DNA of 63,830 nt, filler included, from Lama guanicoe (GCA_013239625.1; 211 parts of 211 records of this genome joined end to end with filler, not necessarily neighbours in it); one strand, 5' to 3'. Positions 11,601-25,351 are shown, counted from the first letter of the whole stretch. The notes: a model not told the origin generated them from the sequence alone. Made by a program: numbers and translations.

Positions 11601-13634
11601 AAAACTATTATCACAGAGCAGGGATATTCTAGGCCGTTTCCTCATTTACACACGTGTGGTGGGGCGAGGATTAAGATGAAGAGACTAGGAATCTCCCAGT
11701 GAAGGGGCCGATACCANNNNNNNNNNNNNNNNNNNNNNNNNNNNNNNNNNNNNNNNNNNNTTAATTAATTAANNNNNNNNNNNNNNNNNNNNNNNNNNNN
11801 NNNNNNNNNNNNNNNNCCATGATCCTGTGGGGTCAAGCTTTGCCTTGCCCTTTTTTCCCCATGTGTTTTTAACTGTAAGGAAAAGTTAATATGAACCAAA
11901 CATTATTAGGCTTCTTCAGGAGTGAAGCTGTGTACTGTTTGGAGCATGTCCTCTAAATTATCTGATTCTGTAGGGTTTGTGTACTTCATTGTCTTGGAGC
12001 TATTACACAGCTTTGTAAANNNNNNNNNNNNNNNNNNNNNNNNNNNNNNNNNNNNNNNNNNNNTTAATTAATTAANNNNNNNNNNNNNNNNNNNNNNNNN
12101 NNNNNNNNNNNNNNNNNNNCAATTAGAAGAATGTTGCAAATCTGATTTTTAAGATATTGTGTTTTTAAGGTATTTTTGTGGAAACATCGTGTTGGTGAGT
12201 TCATTCTGATGTCAACTTTACAGTCAACAAGATTTTAATAAGAGTCATTTTAAACTAGTATGAATGGAAAGTCACAGGTAAAAGCTAGTTTTTATAGAAA
12301 CTCGTGTTCACCAACTATTTTTNNNNNNNNNNNNNNNNNNNNNNNNNNNNNNNNNNNNNNNNNNNNTTAATTAATTAANNNNNNNNNNNNNNNNNNNNNN
12401 NNNNNNNNNNNNNNNNNNNNNNCATATTCCATTTAAGTCAGAAGAGACTGTTTCCTGCAGGATGTACAGTGTTTCAGTTAAAGAGCCAATCTGTCCCCAT
12501 CGGATTCCTTCAACAGACACATCTGCAGGATGGAACTCGAGGCCCAACAGTACTGATTGGACTAATTTTACAAAAACTTTGTGACAATGAGGGGCATCTC
12601 AAGTGGGTGCAGAAAGTGACGTTAGNNNNNNNNNNNNNNNNNNNNNNNNNNNNNNNNNNNNNNNNNNNNTTAATTAATTAANNNNNNNNNNNNNNNNNNN
12701 NNNNNNNNNNNNNNNNNNNNNNNNNCCACTGTCCCAGCAGGTGTCCCTTCTCTGCTTTGTCGTTGCTTTTCCTTCTCTGCTGATCATTCCCACCTGTGTA
12801 TGAACAGACTGTGCTGTCTCCTCCCACCTTAAAAAACCCTTGGCTTGGCTTCTCTCCCTCTCCTTTACAGCCCCACTTCCCTGACCCTTTACAGCTTCAT
12901 ATGTACATTTTTTTCTCTGTTACAAAAANNNNNNNNNNNNNNNNNNNNNNNNNNNNNNNNNNNNNNNNNNNNTTAATTAATTAANNNNNNNNNNNNNNNN
13001 NNNNNNNNNNNNNNNNNNNNNNNNNNNNTACCATAAACTTCATTGCTATGTTCTGGAAAAGCACTAGAGAACGGAAGTCTATGCACTGGAATTTAGTAGC
13101 TTCTCATAATTGACAAGGTGTAGTTCATTAAGCTTTTCCAATTCTGCCAGTGAAGAATGGTATCTGACATTATTTAAAGAACATGAAAGCCTGTCGCTTT
13201 AATTTTCTGGAAACAGTTTTACGATTTTTTTNNNNNNNNNNNNNNNNNNNNNNNNNNNNNNNNNNNNNNNNNNNNTTAATTAATTAANNNNNNNNNNNNN
13301 NNNNNNNNNNNNNNNNNNNNNNNNNNNNNNNCCAGACTCCAGGCGTGTAGTGTCTGCACCTCTGCATCTGCTGCTCCTTCACTCTGAATTTTTCTTTTCC
13401 CCTTTAGGTCTAATATCTATGTACTAAAGATATACCCTTTATCTGACAATGCCCTGTACTCAAGTCTGAGAAATTTACCCTGCCGTTAAACTACCACAGC
13501 ACTCGGCATGTGTACCCATCCCGGTGCTTAGCATNNNNNNNNNNNNNNNNNNNNNNNNNNNNNNNNNNNNNNNNNNNNTTAATTAATTAANNNNNNNNNN
13601 NNNNNNNNNNNNNNNNNNNNNNNNNNNNNNNNNN

Positions 13635-13727
13635 GGTTCCCTTTTCTCCACACCCTTTCCAGCATTTATCATTTGTGGACTTTCCGATGATGGCCATTCT
13701 GACTGGTGTGAAGTGATACCTCATTTT
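13635..13727 (-). mobile_element. LINE-1 ORF2 3' fragment
   Basis: GGTTCCCTTTTCTCCACACCC...TGGCCATTCTGACTGGTGTGAAGTGATACCTCATT. Confidence 0.9.
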
Positions 13728-13937
13728 AATATGCTCTGTAATTTATTTTTTCTTTCTTGAAGTAGCCATGAAATACTTGATTTTACTTCATCTAGTTAAA
13801 TAAATATATAACTTTAAACATTGCATAAATACAACTANNNNNNNNNNNNNNNNNNNNNNNNNNNNNNNNNNNNNNNNNNNNTTAATTAATTAANNNNNNN
13901 NNNNNNNNNNNNNNNNNNNNNNNNNNNNNNNNNNNNN

Positions 13938-14140
13938 ATAGGGGGCCCAGAAATAAGCCCTTGCATATATGGTCACCTGATTTTCAGTTAGGGTGCCAAG
14001 ACCATTCGATGAGGAAAAGGAATCTTTTCAACAAATGATGCTGGGAAAACTGGATAGAACATATTAAAAAAAAAAAAAAGTTAAACCTTAGCTACTATAT
14101 ATAAATTATCTCAAAATTATCAAACACTTAAGTGTAAGAC
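13938..14140 (+). mobile_element. LINE-1 ORF2 fragment (degenerate)
   Basis: CCCAGAAATAAGCCC...ATATGGTCACCTGATTTTC...TCTTTTCAACAAATGATGCTGGGAAAACTGGATA. Confidence 0.9.
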
Positions 14141-16361
14141 NNNNNNNNNNNNNNNNNNNNNNNNNNNNNNNNNNNNNNNNNNNNTTAATTAATTAANNNN
14201 NNNNNNNNNNNNNNNNNNNNNNNNNNNNNNNNNNNNNNNNCACTTGTCACCCCAAAATGTGTGATTTCTTATCAGCCCAGAAGTTCCTGATTTTCTTTCT
14301 CTGCCCAGGGACCCCTGTTGCTTTTGTGATGCAGGGTTTCCTATTTGACCTGTGCCCCCCCTTTCTCTTTTCATATCTTCTTATCTGCCTGCTATAACAG
14401 CACTTGATACGTGACTTTAATAAATGTACTTGCACAAGGAGTCNNNNNNNNNNNNNNNNNNNNNNNNNNNNNNNNNNNNNNNNNNNNTTAATTAATTAAN
14501 NNNNNNNNNNNNNNNNNNNNNNNNNNNNNNNNNNNNNNNNNNNGAAATGTTCAACTGGCATGGAGTCAGTGAGAGACATGGTACAGTGAAGAACCACGAG
14601 AAACGATAACTGGAGAGTCTTGAAAGCCAGGGAAGATGTATTTCAAGGAAAAGACTGTCTTGAAAAACATTTAAAATTATTGAAATGTAAACTCTCAGAC
14701 ACATATAGACACATATCTAACATTATCATTTGGACATTTTCATTTTNNNNNNNNNNNNNNNNNNNNNNNNNNNNNNNNNNNNNNNNNNNNTTAATTAATT
14801 AANNNNNNNNNNNNNNNNNNNNNNNNNNNNNNNNNNNNNNNNNNNNTCATGTTGCAACAGGCATAACTTTGGATGTGAGACAGTGTGGTGAAGGCGCGTC
14901 TGTGTGCACCACACAGCAGTGCAAACACTGCTTATTTTTTTCCTAAATAAACACCTCCCAGGGGAAGACTGAGGCCCCCAGAGCATTTGTTCCCCTTTCA
15001 GCTTGGGCAGCAGGCCTTTGGCTCATTTCCTTCTTTACCAGATGCCTAGNNNNNNNNNNNNNNNNNNNNNNNNNNNNNNNNNNNNNNNNNNNNTTAATTA
15101 ATTAANNNNNNNNNNNNNNNNNNNNNNNNNNNNNNNNNNNNNNNNNNNNGTTATTGATTTTTGCTTTTCGACTTCTGGTGACTGTTCCCCACGTGCCAGT
15201 TCTCAGCCCCGGTGACCTCTGGTGTGGACACAGTTTTGGCATCTGCTGCGTCCCTGCTGAGCCCCGGTCCCTGCCTGGTCCAGAGGCCAGGCTGAGCCTC
15301 ACACACCAGTACCACCACCCTGGCCTCGACCCCAGACCAACTCCGAGCCTGANNNNNNNNNNNNNNNNNNNNNNNNNNNNNNNNNNNNNNNNNNNNTTAA
15401 TTAATTAANNNNNNNNNNNNNNNNNNNNNNNNNNNNNNNNNNNNNNNNNNNNGGGCTGTAACAGCCAGAGAGCTTTCTTGGTAGGATTCCTACATAGGAC
15501 CGAAGAGTTGTAAGGACGTTTTTCACCCAAAGTGGGAAAATTTGAATATGGTTTGGCTATTCATTCACATAAAAAAAAGTACTAAAGTGGAAAGGTGAAG
15601 ATCATCGACCAAAGAAGGCTACGTTTTTAGAACTATGCGTAGAGTATAATCTCATNNNNNNNNNNNNNNNNNNNNNNNNNNNNNNNNNNNNNNNNNNNNT
15701 TAATTAATTAANNNNNNNNNNNNNNNNNNNNNNNNNNNNNNNNNNNNNNNNNNNNAATAGTTGTAATCAGTTTGTCCCTTGAACCTTATTTGGAACTTTG
15801 AGAAGGAGAGATCATGGGAAAAAATAATCATTAACTGAATACAGTAATTCAGTGAATTTTCTATCTGGGTAACAACTTTTAGAATTGAGTACAGATGCAG
15901 AGGAAACTAATGTTAAGATCGGTTTGCTCACTGCTGTGGTCCCTCCAACTTCTCATGCNNNNNNNNNNNNNNNNNNNNNNNNNNNNNNNNNNNNNNNNNN
16001 NNTTAATTAATTAANNNNNNNNNNNNNNNNNNNNNNNNNNNNNNNNNNNNNNNNNNNNGGAATCGCTCAAAGATTCAGGCGCAGGGAGATTTCCTCTGAG
16101 GATGCTCGTGGAGTGCCTTGCACAGTAAACGATCTCTAAGTTTGCGGTAGCCTCCAGCATTGATTGCACACACATGTCGTGTGCCGGCTTCTCAATTCCT
16201 CCAGGAAAACGGGCTCACTCCTGGGAACCTATAAGGTCCTCCCAAAATGGCTGTGGAGCCTNNNNNNNNNNNNNNNNNNNNNNNNNNNNNNNNNNNNNNN
16301 NNNNNTTAATTAATTAANNNNNNNNNNNNNNNNNNNNNNNNNNNNNNNNNNNNNNNNNNNN

Positions 16362-16564
16362 ATAAATAAAATAGAAAATTGTCGTTTAGGGTTAAGGGAA
16401 TTGGGTAAGGGGGTGACAGCTAAATGATATGGGATTTCTCTTTGTGGTGATTTAAAAATGTTCTGAAGTAGCTGGGGTGGTGGTTGTATGTATCTGTAGA
16501 CATACCGAAAACCACTGCATCACATATTTTAAATGAGTGAATTGTATGGTGTGTGAATTGTATG
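16362..16564 (+). mobile_element. Old LINE-1 (L1MB-like) 3' UTR fragment
   Basis: GGGTGACAGCTAAATGATATGGGATTTCTCTTTGTGGTGAT...AATGTTCTGAA...GTGAATTGTATGGTGTGTGAATT. Confidence 0.8.
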
Positions 16565-16967
16565 NNNNNNNNNNNNNNNNNNNNNNNNNNNNNNNNNNNN
16601 NNNNNNNNTTAATTAATTAANNNNNNNNNNNNNNNNNNNNNNNNNNNNNNNNNNNNNNNNNNNNCTGTGTTAAGACATTGATAGTCAGTCTTTCTAATCA
16701 AAAAGAAAATCTATTACAAATATCTAAACTCAACTTTTTTCTTAGAAGCAATGAACTAAATACAATGATGAGCAACAGTGAGACATAAACATCATAATTT
16801 TAACTCAGCTATGATAATGAGGTGAAAGCAATAACTACATTCACTATAATTTGATAGAGTCTGAAAANNNNNNNNNNNNNNNNNNNNNNNNNNNNNNNNN
16901 NNNNNNNNNNNTTAATTAATTAANNNNNNNNNNNNNNNNNNNNNNNNNNNNNNNNNNNNNNNNNNNN

Positions 16968-17170
16968 CAAGTATGCAATACAGTACAGTTAACTGTAGTC
17001 ACCATGCTGTACATTACGTCACCACAACCTATTCATCTTGTAACTAAAAGTTTGCAGCCTTTGAGCAATATCTCCTCATTTCCCCCACCCCCAGTCCTGT
17101 CAATCACCATTCTATTCTCTGTTACTATGAGTCTGATTTCTAGAATCCATATATAAGTGAAATCCTATTG
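16968..17170 (-). mobile_element. LINE-1 (L1MA-like) 3' UTR fragment
   Basis: TTAACTGTAGTCACCATGCTGTACATTA...ACCATTCTATTCTCTGTTACTATGAGT...ATATAAGTGA. Confidence 0.85.
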
Positions 17171-18482
17171 NNNNNNNNNNNNNNNNNNNNNNNNNNNNNN
17201 NNNNNNNNNNNNNNTTAATTAATTAANNNNNNNNNNNNNNNNNNNNNNNNNNNNNNNNNNNNNNNNNNNNGCCAGTCCTGTCAGGCCGTGGCTCTCTCCC
17301 AGTCCGTCCAACGTGTGTCACCCCCGTGGCCCACTGCAAGTTCTGGATCACAGGAGGCGTGGAGAAAAGTCTACTGAATTAGGAGGCAATTTAATTCAGT
17401 GACTGTGGGAAAATAAGGCTTTGCCTTTTGCTTGGAACCAGGGTTTCTCAGTCTCGGGGCGCAGTTGACATTTNNNNNNNNNNNNNNNNNNNNNNNNNNN
17501 NNNNNNNNNNNNNNNNNTTAATTAATTAANNNNNNNNNNNNNNNNNNNNNNNNNNNNNNNNNNNNNNNNNNNNTTCTTTGTGATCATAAGTACTACACCC
17601 CCTCTATTACATTTTAAGTGGTGCACTGTTGGGTAAAATAACAGGAAATGATCATGAAACAGGCAAAAAAAATTGATGGGATAATCACCAAATGGATCCC
17701 AAAATTAACTTTACTCAAATACTTTAGGCTTGTAGTAGCTACTAAATCAAATGCCTTCACGATTAACTTCTATGATNNNNNNNNNNNNNNNNNNNNNNNN
17801 NNNNNNNNNNNNNNNNNNNNTTAATTAATTAANNNNNNNNNNNNNNNNNNNNNNNNNNNNNNNNNNNNNNNNNNNNCACAGGCGGGGAAACTGGGTCACG
17901 TAGGAGCTGACCTCAGGTGCGCCCCATGCTGCCCCCAAAGCCTACGGGATTCCCCAAGCCCATCCACTCCCCCACGTTCCAGGACGACCCTTTCATTCCT
18001 TCTCTCTCCTCAACTCCAAGGCCTCCCCCCATCCCCACTTTCTGCCCCCGACCTTGAATCTCATTTCACAAAAGGAAAANNNNNNNNNNNNNNNNNNNNN
18101 NNNNNNNNNNNNNNNNNNNNNNNTTAATTAATTAANNNNNNNNNNNNNNNNNNNNNNNNNNNNNNNNNNNNNNNNNNNNTTTGTAACAAGGTGCTGCTGA
18201 CCATTACATAAACCTAGTGATTTGATTACTTACATTTCTTTTGGTAAACTAGGGGAAATTTGAATGGAAAAACAAGTAACACTGTTTCCCCAATAAGCAC
18301 AAATACGATTCATCAAACCAGTCTGCAAAGTGATATTTATATGGAACATTATGCTTCCAGAAAAGTAAATGGCGGTCTTCACNNNNNNNNNNNNNNNNNN
18401 NNNNNNNNNNNNNNNNNNNNNNNNNNTTAATTAATTAANNNNNNNNNNNNNNNNNNNNNNNNNNNNNNNNNNNNNNNNNNNN

Positions 18483-18685
18483 ATGGCGTGGCTCAGTGGT
18501 CTGGCAACCACCCTCATACAGTCCACTCTCAACCTGCAGCTGCCCTTCTGTGGGCATCGCCATGTAGATCATTTCTTCTGTGAGGTTCCTGTGCTCATCA
18601 GGTTGGCTTGTGGGGACACCGCCTTCAACCAGGCATAGCTCTTTGTGGCTAGCGTCTTATTCCTGGTGGTGCCCTTGTCGCTCAT
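18483..18685 (+). pseudogene. Olfactory receptor family 2 (OR2G-like) fragment, TM4 to TM5, with in-frame stop
   Basis: [68 protein letters not shown] motifs LPFC, HFFCE and LAC; TAG at 18636-18638. Confidence 0.92.
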
Positions 18686-18785
18686 NNNNNNNNNNNNNNN
18701 NNNNNNNNNNNNNNNNNNNNNNNNNNNNNTTAATTAATTAANNNNNNNNNNNNNNNNNNNNNNNNNNNNNNNNNNNNNNNNNNNN

Positions 18786-18988
18786 AACTCCCTTACCATG
18801 GTTCTGTGAGGCTGCTGTGCTCTGCCCCCTGCCTGTTCCTCTGACCTTTCTCTCCACTCACTCACTGGTCTCTAGGCACATGGACTTGCCTCTCTTTTTC
18901 CCAACGTCAGCAAGCTTCCCACCCCTCAGAATCCTGCACTCCAGTTCCTGTGAACCTGCAGACCACTCCCCCTCTTCTCATGGCTGCC
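18786..18988 (+). mobile_element. LINE-2 fragment
   Basis: AACTCCCTTACCATGG...CTGACCT...CTCTAGGCACATGGACTT...CCCACCCTCAG resembles the L2 3' region. Confidence 0.6.
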
Positions 18989-20317
18989 NNNNNNNNNNNN
19001 NNNNNNNNNNNNNNNNNNNNNNNNNNNNNNNNTTAATTAATTAANNNNNNNNNNNNNNNNNNNNNNNNNNNNNNNNNNNNNNNNNNNNTTTAGTCTGGGC
19101 CACCTTCCCACTGGACTACAATCACTATTCAGCCCAATATTGACTCCATCTGGGTAAAAACAGGAACAAACTGCAATAGCCAGTGAATGATCACTCATGA
19201 GTTCTGGCCATTAACACTTTCCACTGACAGGTGGGCTGTTATAAAGGAATTAACCCTATGGCTTGGATAATGGGAAGCCGAGGGATGGACGNNNNNNNNN
19301 NNNNNNNNNNNNNNNNNNNNNNNNNNNNNNNNNNNTTAATTAATTAANNNNNNNNNNNNNNNNNNNNNNNNNNNNNNNNNNNNNNNNNNNNAAAAGCTAA
19401 GTCTTTCCTTCTCATTTTCTCTCATTAGTGGCAGTTGGTAATAAAGTTTTTGTTTGGGTAGAGACGTAATTGCATTAGATTAATTTGTACATGTCGATGT
19501 GTCTAAAAAAATATGAGGTCAATTTTTAAATTTCTCAATGTTACGCTCAGTCTTGGGGCTTTTATTTTATTGAGTGGGGTATGAATTGTGCAGGNNNNNN
19601 NNNNNNNNNNNNNNNNNNNNNNNNNNNNNNNNNNNNNNTTAATTAATTAANNNNNNNNNNNNNNNNNNNNNNNNNNNNNNNNNNNNNNNNNNNNATTTGT
19701 TGTAACTTTTGAAATGCATCTTTCTGAGGGAAAAATACACAGAGAAATCTTGCTGCAAATTACTTCATGTCACATCTTGAGCATGAACCAGAAAACTTAT
19801 CTCATACTCAGGGTCTTGGCGACACTTTTTTTAAAACCCACAAGAAACTAGAAAAGAAGTGATTGGGCAAGATAACCCTTACATCCACAATACATTCNNN
19901 NNNNNNNNNNNNNNNNNNNNNNNNNNNNNNNNNNNNNNNNNTTAATTAATTAANNNNNNNNNNNNNNNNNNNNNNNNNNNNNNNNNNNNNNNNNNNNTTC
20001 GTTCATCCAGCACAAAGGGAGCGGGTTGCAGGAGAAACACTTTCTCAGGTTTCTCTGTCTGTTTCCTAGTGCCGTATTGAAGTGCCTGCCGTTTTCACAG
20101 GAAATCCGAGTTGGAGCTTGTACCTCCCCATACATATGTATGGTGGGGTTTGCAACTGAAAAGAAACTTTCTGTTCCCATCAAGCTAGGTGAAGGACGGC
20201 NNNNNNNNNNNNNNNNNNNNNNNNNNNNNNNNNNNNNNNNNNNNTTAATTAATTAANNNNNNNNNNNNNNNNNNNNNNNNNNNNNNNNNNNNNNNNNNNN
20301 TTCATTTTAATCACAGG

Positions 20318-20485
20318 GTTGCCATCTACTACGTCTATGACTTCGGGCAGTTTACTTGGGTTCTCTGTACTTCAATCTCCATTTCTGCAAAACGGAGAAA
20401 CAACATTTAGTCCACAGGGTTGTCATGAAAAATAACATATGCAAGGAGTCTTATAGAATGCCTTGCACATAGAAGGGCCTCAAAA
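20318..20485 (+). mobile_element. MIR SINE
   Basis: CTATGACTTCGGGCAGTTTACTT...CTCTGTACTTCAATCTCCATTTCTGCAAAACGG...CACAGGGTTGTCATG...TGCCTTGCACATAG. Confidence 0.75.
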
Positions 20486-20906
20486 AAATACATCCATCAC
20501 TGANNNNNNNNNNNNNNNNNNNNNNNNNNNNNNNNNNNNNNNNNNNNTTAATTAATTAANNNNNNNNNNNNNNNNNNNNNNNNNNNNNNNNNNNNNNNNN
20601 NNNAAAAAAAAAAAGTTGGTAACTTACATTTCCCTTGGCAGTGTATGAGCAAAAAGTCCCACCTTCTCCCAATTCCAGCCATCAGCAGTATGGAAATATT
20701 TTATTCTGCATTTTCTAGACTGGTAATGAGGCTGAGCATCTTTTCAAACATTTATCAATCAATTTGGATTTGCTCTTCTATTTTCTATTGAGATGTTCTT
20801 TTTTTTNNNNNNNNNNNNNNNNNNNNNNNNNNNNNNNNNNNNNNNNNNNNTTAATTAATTAANNNNNNNNNNNNNNNNNNNNNNNNNNNNNNNNNNNNNN
20901 NNNNNN

Positions 20907-21109
20907 TCCAGGAATGTATTGCCTTTCCACCCAATTTTTAAGAATAGTTTTGTTTCATATAGAATTCATGACCGACACACTTTTTTTCCGCACTTTAATA
21001 TATTATCTCATTGCCTTCTGGCCTCCACGCTTACTGATGAGCAGTCGCTTGTTAATCACATTGAGGCTCCCTTCTACATGACAAATTCTGTTTCTCTTAG
21101 TGTTTGCTC
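20907..21109 (-). mobile_element. Old LINE-1 internal fragment
   Basis: TTTTTAAGAATAGTTTTG...ATAGAATTC...CACTTTAATATATTATCTCATTGCCTTCTGGCCTCCA...CTGATGAG. Confidence 0.75.
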
Positions 21110-24100
21110 NNNNNNNNNNNNNNNNNNNNNNNNNNNNNNNNNNNNNNNNNNNNTTAATTAATTAANNNNNNNNNNNNNNNNNNNNNNNNNNNNNNNNNNN
21201 NNNNNNNNNCCAGGACGCTGCGTACTAGCGGAGGTGATACTTGGGTTTCGTTTGAAAGGTTGAGTAGGAGTCGGCCGAAGAATGGTGAAAAAAAAAAAGA
21301 CCAGCACACCCCGAGACAGCACGATGGCCATTCCCTGTGGCCAAATGCAGAAGGTTAGGTGGTTCGGCGAGGGAGGCCACTGGGGAGGTCGGCAAGTCTC
21401 AGGTCTTTGTGCNNNNNNNNNNNNNNNNNNNNNNNNNNNNNNNNNNNNNNNNNNNNTTAATTAATTAANNNNNNNNNNNNNNNNNNNNNNNNNNNNNNNN
21501 NNNNNNNNNNNNTGCCTCTTTACCTTCCTAAGAGCTAAATGTGTCAAAAAGGCAAGTCCAGGATTTATCAAATTCTTCTTTTCGCAGAGACTACCAAGAG
21601 CCATCCAGATACGTGACCTACCGTGACACTACCACTCACCACCACAGTCTGAGCACAGGATGTATCTGTCTTCTACCATGAATACGTCTTTCTTAGCTGA
21701 TGATGCATCATGCTGNNNNNNNNNNNNNNNNNNNNNNNNNNNNNNNNNNNNNNNNNNNNTTAATTAATTAANNNNNNNNNNNNNNNNNNNNNNNNNNNNN
21801 NNNNNNNNNNNNNNNTCTTATGTAAAATCAAGGAATAAATATAACATTTTAAACTAACTAGTTAACAAGTAAATCTTTAAGCAAATTTGAAAGAATGGAG
21901 AGCAGCAAACTATTTGCTAAATTTAATGATGAATGGAAGACTCAAGGAGGGGGAGAGAGTAAGCAAATGTAAAAAGGTAATTTTATTTTTAGTCATAGTA
22001 GAGAGCCTAGGAAGACTGNNNNNNNNNNNNNNNNNNNNNNNNNNNNNNNNNNNNNNNNNNNNTTAATTAATTAANNNNNNNNNNNNNNNNNNNNNNNNNN
22101 NNNNNNNNNNNNNNNNNNAGTTTCCAGGCGAAGCTTTGATTTGGTCCCTATGGCTCTTACTCTGGCAGGGTTCATTTGGCACTACAGTCACTAAGATTCC
22201 TGAGACCTGCTGCCAACTCCCGGGGACACTTTACTCCTTGCCCTGGGGGCCTGCGGTTTTCTCTCAGCTCGCACGATGTCCGTTCTTCTGGTTCAGCTTC
22301 ATCTGGCCTGGTCTTCTTCCCNNNNNNNNNNNNNNNNNNNNNNNNNNNNNNNNNNNNNNNNNNNNTTAATTAATTAANNNNNNNNNNNNNNNNNNNNNNN
22401 NNNNNNNNNNNNNNNNNNNNNATTTAACATTGAAAGGGACTCATTAGGGAAAACACAAAGATATTAATATGAAGATTTAAGTGATATAAAGTGTACTGTA
22501 TAAGATACAGGTGCATATCAAATAATTTTAATTAAAATAATGAAACTAGAGAGGCATTTTAGAAGATGGTAATCTCTAAGCTGTTACACTAGAACAATCT
22601 CCATATAGCCAAGTATTATCTTTTNNNNNNNNNNNNNNNNNNNNNNNNNNNNNNNNNNNNNNNNNNNNTTAATTAATTAANNNNNNNNNNNNNNNNNNNN
22701 NNNNNNNNNNNNNNNNNNNNNNNNGACAATGTGTAAGTATAACTTCATAAGCAATACGCAGTAGCCTAGGATCAAATCCAATTGTTAGAAGGTCAGTTCC
22801 GTCAAAAATCATCAGTTCTGGGCTGACTAACAACATGAATACACATTTTTAAATAACATAAAGGATGTTGACAAACAGATTTAGTCACTAGTCTTTTTAT
22901 TTTATTTTATTTTATTGAGTTATAGTCNNNNNNNNNNNNNNNNNNNNNNNNNNNNNNNNNNNNNNNNNNNNTTAATTAATTAANNNNNNNNNNNNNNNNN
23001 NNNNNNNNNNNNNNNNNNNNNNNNNNNACATCATTTAAAAATGTTCAATCAAAAATTATTTTACCAGCTTCTGTTCAAGTTTGTTATTCCACCAGAATTG
23101 AGATAAAGAGATTCAAAATTTTTTAAAATGCATCTTCATCTTAAATAATAAAACAGACTAAAGTGTGTATGTGCCTACACGTGCATGCACACACTCACGT
23201 GAACAAGCATGAAAAACAAACAAAAATTTANNNNNNNNNNNNNNNNNNNNNNNNNNNNNNNNNNNNNNNNNNNNTTAATTAATTAANNNNNNNNNNNNNN
23301 NNNNNNNNNNNNNNNNNNNNNNNNNNNNNNTATCCGTATGTGACAGTTCCCTCAGGCCGTGAACATGTGTAAACACCAGTGGGTGATGCGACTCCTGCGA
23401 CTTTGGCTGAATGAGCCGGACGCTGAAAGGCCGGCCCATCTCACGCCCTCGGCCGCTGGACTCGCGCCGGGTTTGCCGGCACCCGCTCTGCTCTTCAGGC
23501 TGAAGGAGGTCGCCGGCTCCTCCTCATCACAGANNNNNNNNNNNNNNNNNNNNNNNNNNNNNNNNNNNNNNNNNNNNTTAATTAATTAANNNNNNNNNNN
23601 NNNNNNNNNNNNNNNNNNNNNNNNNNNNNNNNNATTGTATATGATGCTTTAATTTATCCACATCCCAGCACAATGACCAGCTCTCAGTGAGGGCTGCAAC
23701 AATATTAAGTCCCTGTCTCCAACCACCCAAAGTTGTCATTTTAGCTTGGGTTGAAACATGCCTAGTATTGAAATATTTGCATCATCTAAATTTAAAATCA
23801 GTAAAAACTACTTATATTCTGAATTTGTCTTCATGCNNNNNNNNNNNNNNNNNNNNNNNNNNNNNNNNNNNNNNNNNNNNTTAATTAATTAANNNNNNNN
23901 NNNNNNNNNNNNNNNNNNNNNNNNNNNNNNNNNNNNGAAGAGAGGAGGATGGTTACACATACGTAGAGTGACTGTTAGAGTTGGCTGCGTTAATAAACAG
24001 TCCGACAAGGAGGGAATCGCCCTAGGAAACAAAAACCAAAAACCAAAGAAAAGTTTAAAATGCCTCCCTCACCCCCCGCCTTAGGAGCAGGGCTAAAAAG

Positions 24101-24239
24101 AGGGAGAAATTAAAGAGGACAATTATGCTTTTCCTTATANNNNNNNNNNNNNNNNNNNNNNNNNNNNNNNNNNNNNNNNNNNNTTAATTAATTAANNNNN
24201 NNNNNNNNNNNNNNNNNNNNNNNNNNNNNNNNNNNNNNN

Positions 24240-24442
24240 ACAGAGAACAAACCAGTGGTGAGGGGAGGGGTGAAATATGTGAAAGCTAATAAGAGGTACA
24301 AGCTACCAGTTATAAAAGAAGGAAGTCACAGGGATGTAATATACAGCACAGGGAAATGGTAAATATTTTATAATAACTTTGTATGGTGTGCTGTCTATAG
24401 AAATATCAAATCGCTGTGTTGTACACATGAAACTAGTGCAAT
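24240..24442 (+). mobile_element. LINE-1 3' UTR fragment
   Basis: ACAGAGAACAAACCAGTGG...AAGAGGTACAAGCTACCAGTTATAAAA...GGGATGTAATATACAGCACAGGG. Confidence 0.85.
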
Positions 24443-25180
24443 NNNNNNNNNNNNNNNNNNNNNNNNNNNNNNNNNNNNNNNNNNNNTTAATTAATTAANN
24501 NNNNNNNNNNNNNNNNNNNNNNNNNNNNNNNNNNNNNNNNNNCTCTACATCGTTTCTGCACAGCAGGAGCTCCTTTACGCCTCTCCAAAAATCTGATGCA
24601 GAACTCTCCAAAGGAAATAAACGAGATTTTATGGACTCACTCTTTCCATGGGCTACTCAGGATTGATATAGGACATTAGGAGGCTGCTGAGAGATGTGGA
24701 GAGGATTAGGTGGGGGAGTGGCGGGTGGGTGGAGGGGGTTGGAGANNNNNNNNNNNNNNNNNNNNNNNNNNNNNNNNNNNNNNNNNNNNTTAATTAATTA
24801 ANNNNNNNNNNNNNNNNNNNNNNNNNNNNNNNNNNNNNNNNNNNNAGAGAAAAACAAAATTTAGGAGAAATCCAGATCTGTAGAATATTAACCAGTAGAG
24901 TAAGAATTTAGTGATATCCACAAGCAGGGAACTGACAAGCAACAAACTTTCACAAAATCATATGGAATCTCCAGGGAAATGCACATCAAATGACAAAGTG
25001 GTATCACCTCACACCCGTTAGAGTGGCTGTCATCAAAAAGACAGACACNNNNNNNNNNNNNNNNNNNNNNNNNNNNNNNNNNNNNNNNNNNNTTAATTAA
25101 TTAANNNNNNNNNNNNNNNNNNNNNNNNNNNNNNNNNNNNNNNNNNNNTGTCTCAGACTTTTACAATGTTAAGCACTGGT

Positions 25181-25351
25181 GTGGTCTACACTATCCACGA
25201 TACCAGCTGTGGTCTACAGCATCCACGATACCAGGCGTGGTCTACACTATCCATGATACCAGGCCTGGTCTACAAAAACCATGATGCCAGGCATGGTCTG
25301 CACTACCCATGATGTCAAGCGTGGTCTACACTATCCATGATCCCAGGCGTG
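25181..25351. repeat. 28-bp minisatellite (GTGGTCTACACTATCCATGATACCAGGC), 6+ copies, left boundary captured
   Basis: Units start at 25181, 25209, 25237, 25265, 25293, 25321 and 25349 with exact 28-bp spacing. Confidence 0.95.

Noticed and set aside
16059..16261. Possible further satellite member
   Set aside because: I could not align it convincingly to either repeat family on either strand.
25181..25351. 28-bp CRISPR direct repeats
   Set aside because: The units are head-to-tail with no spacers.
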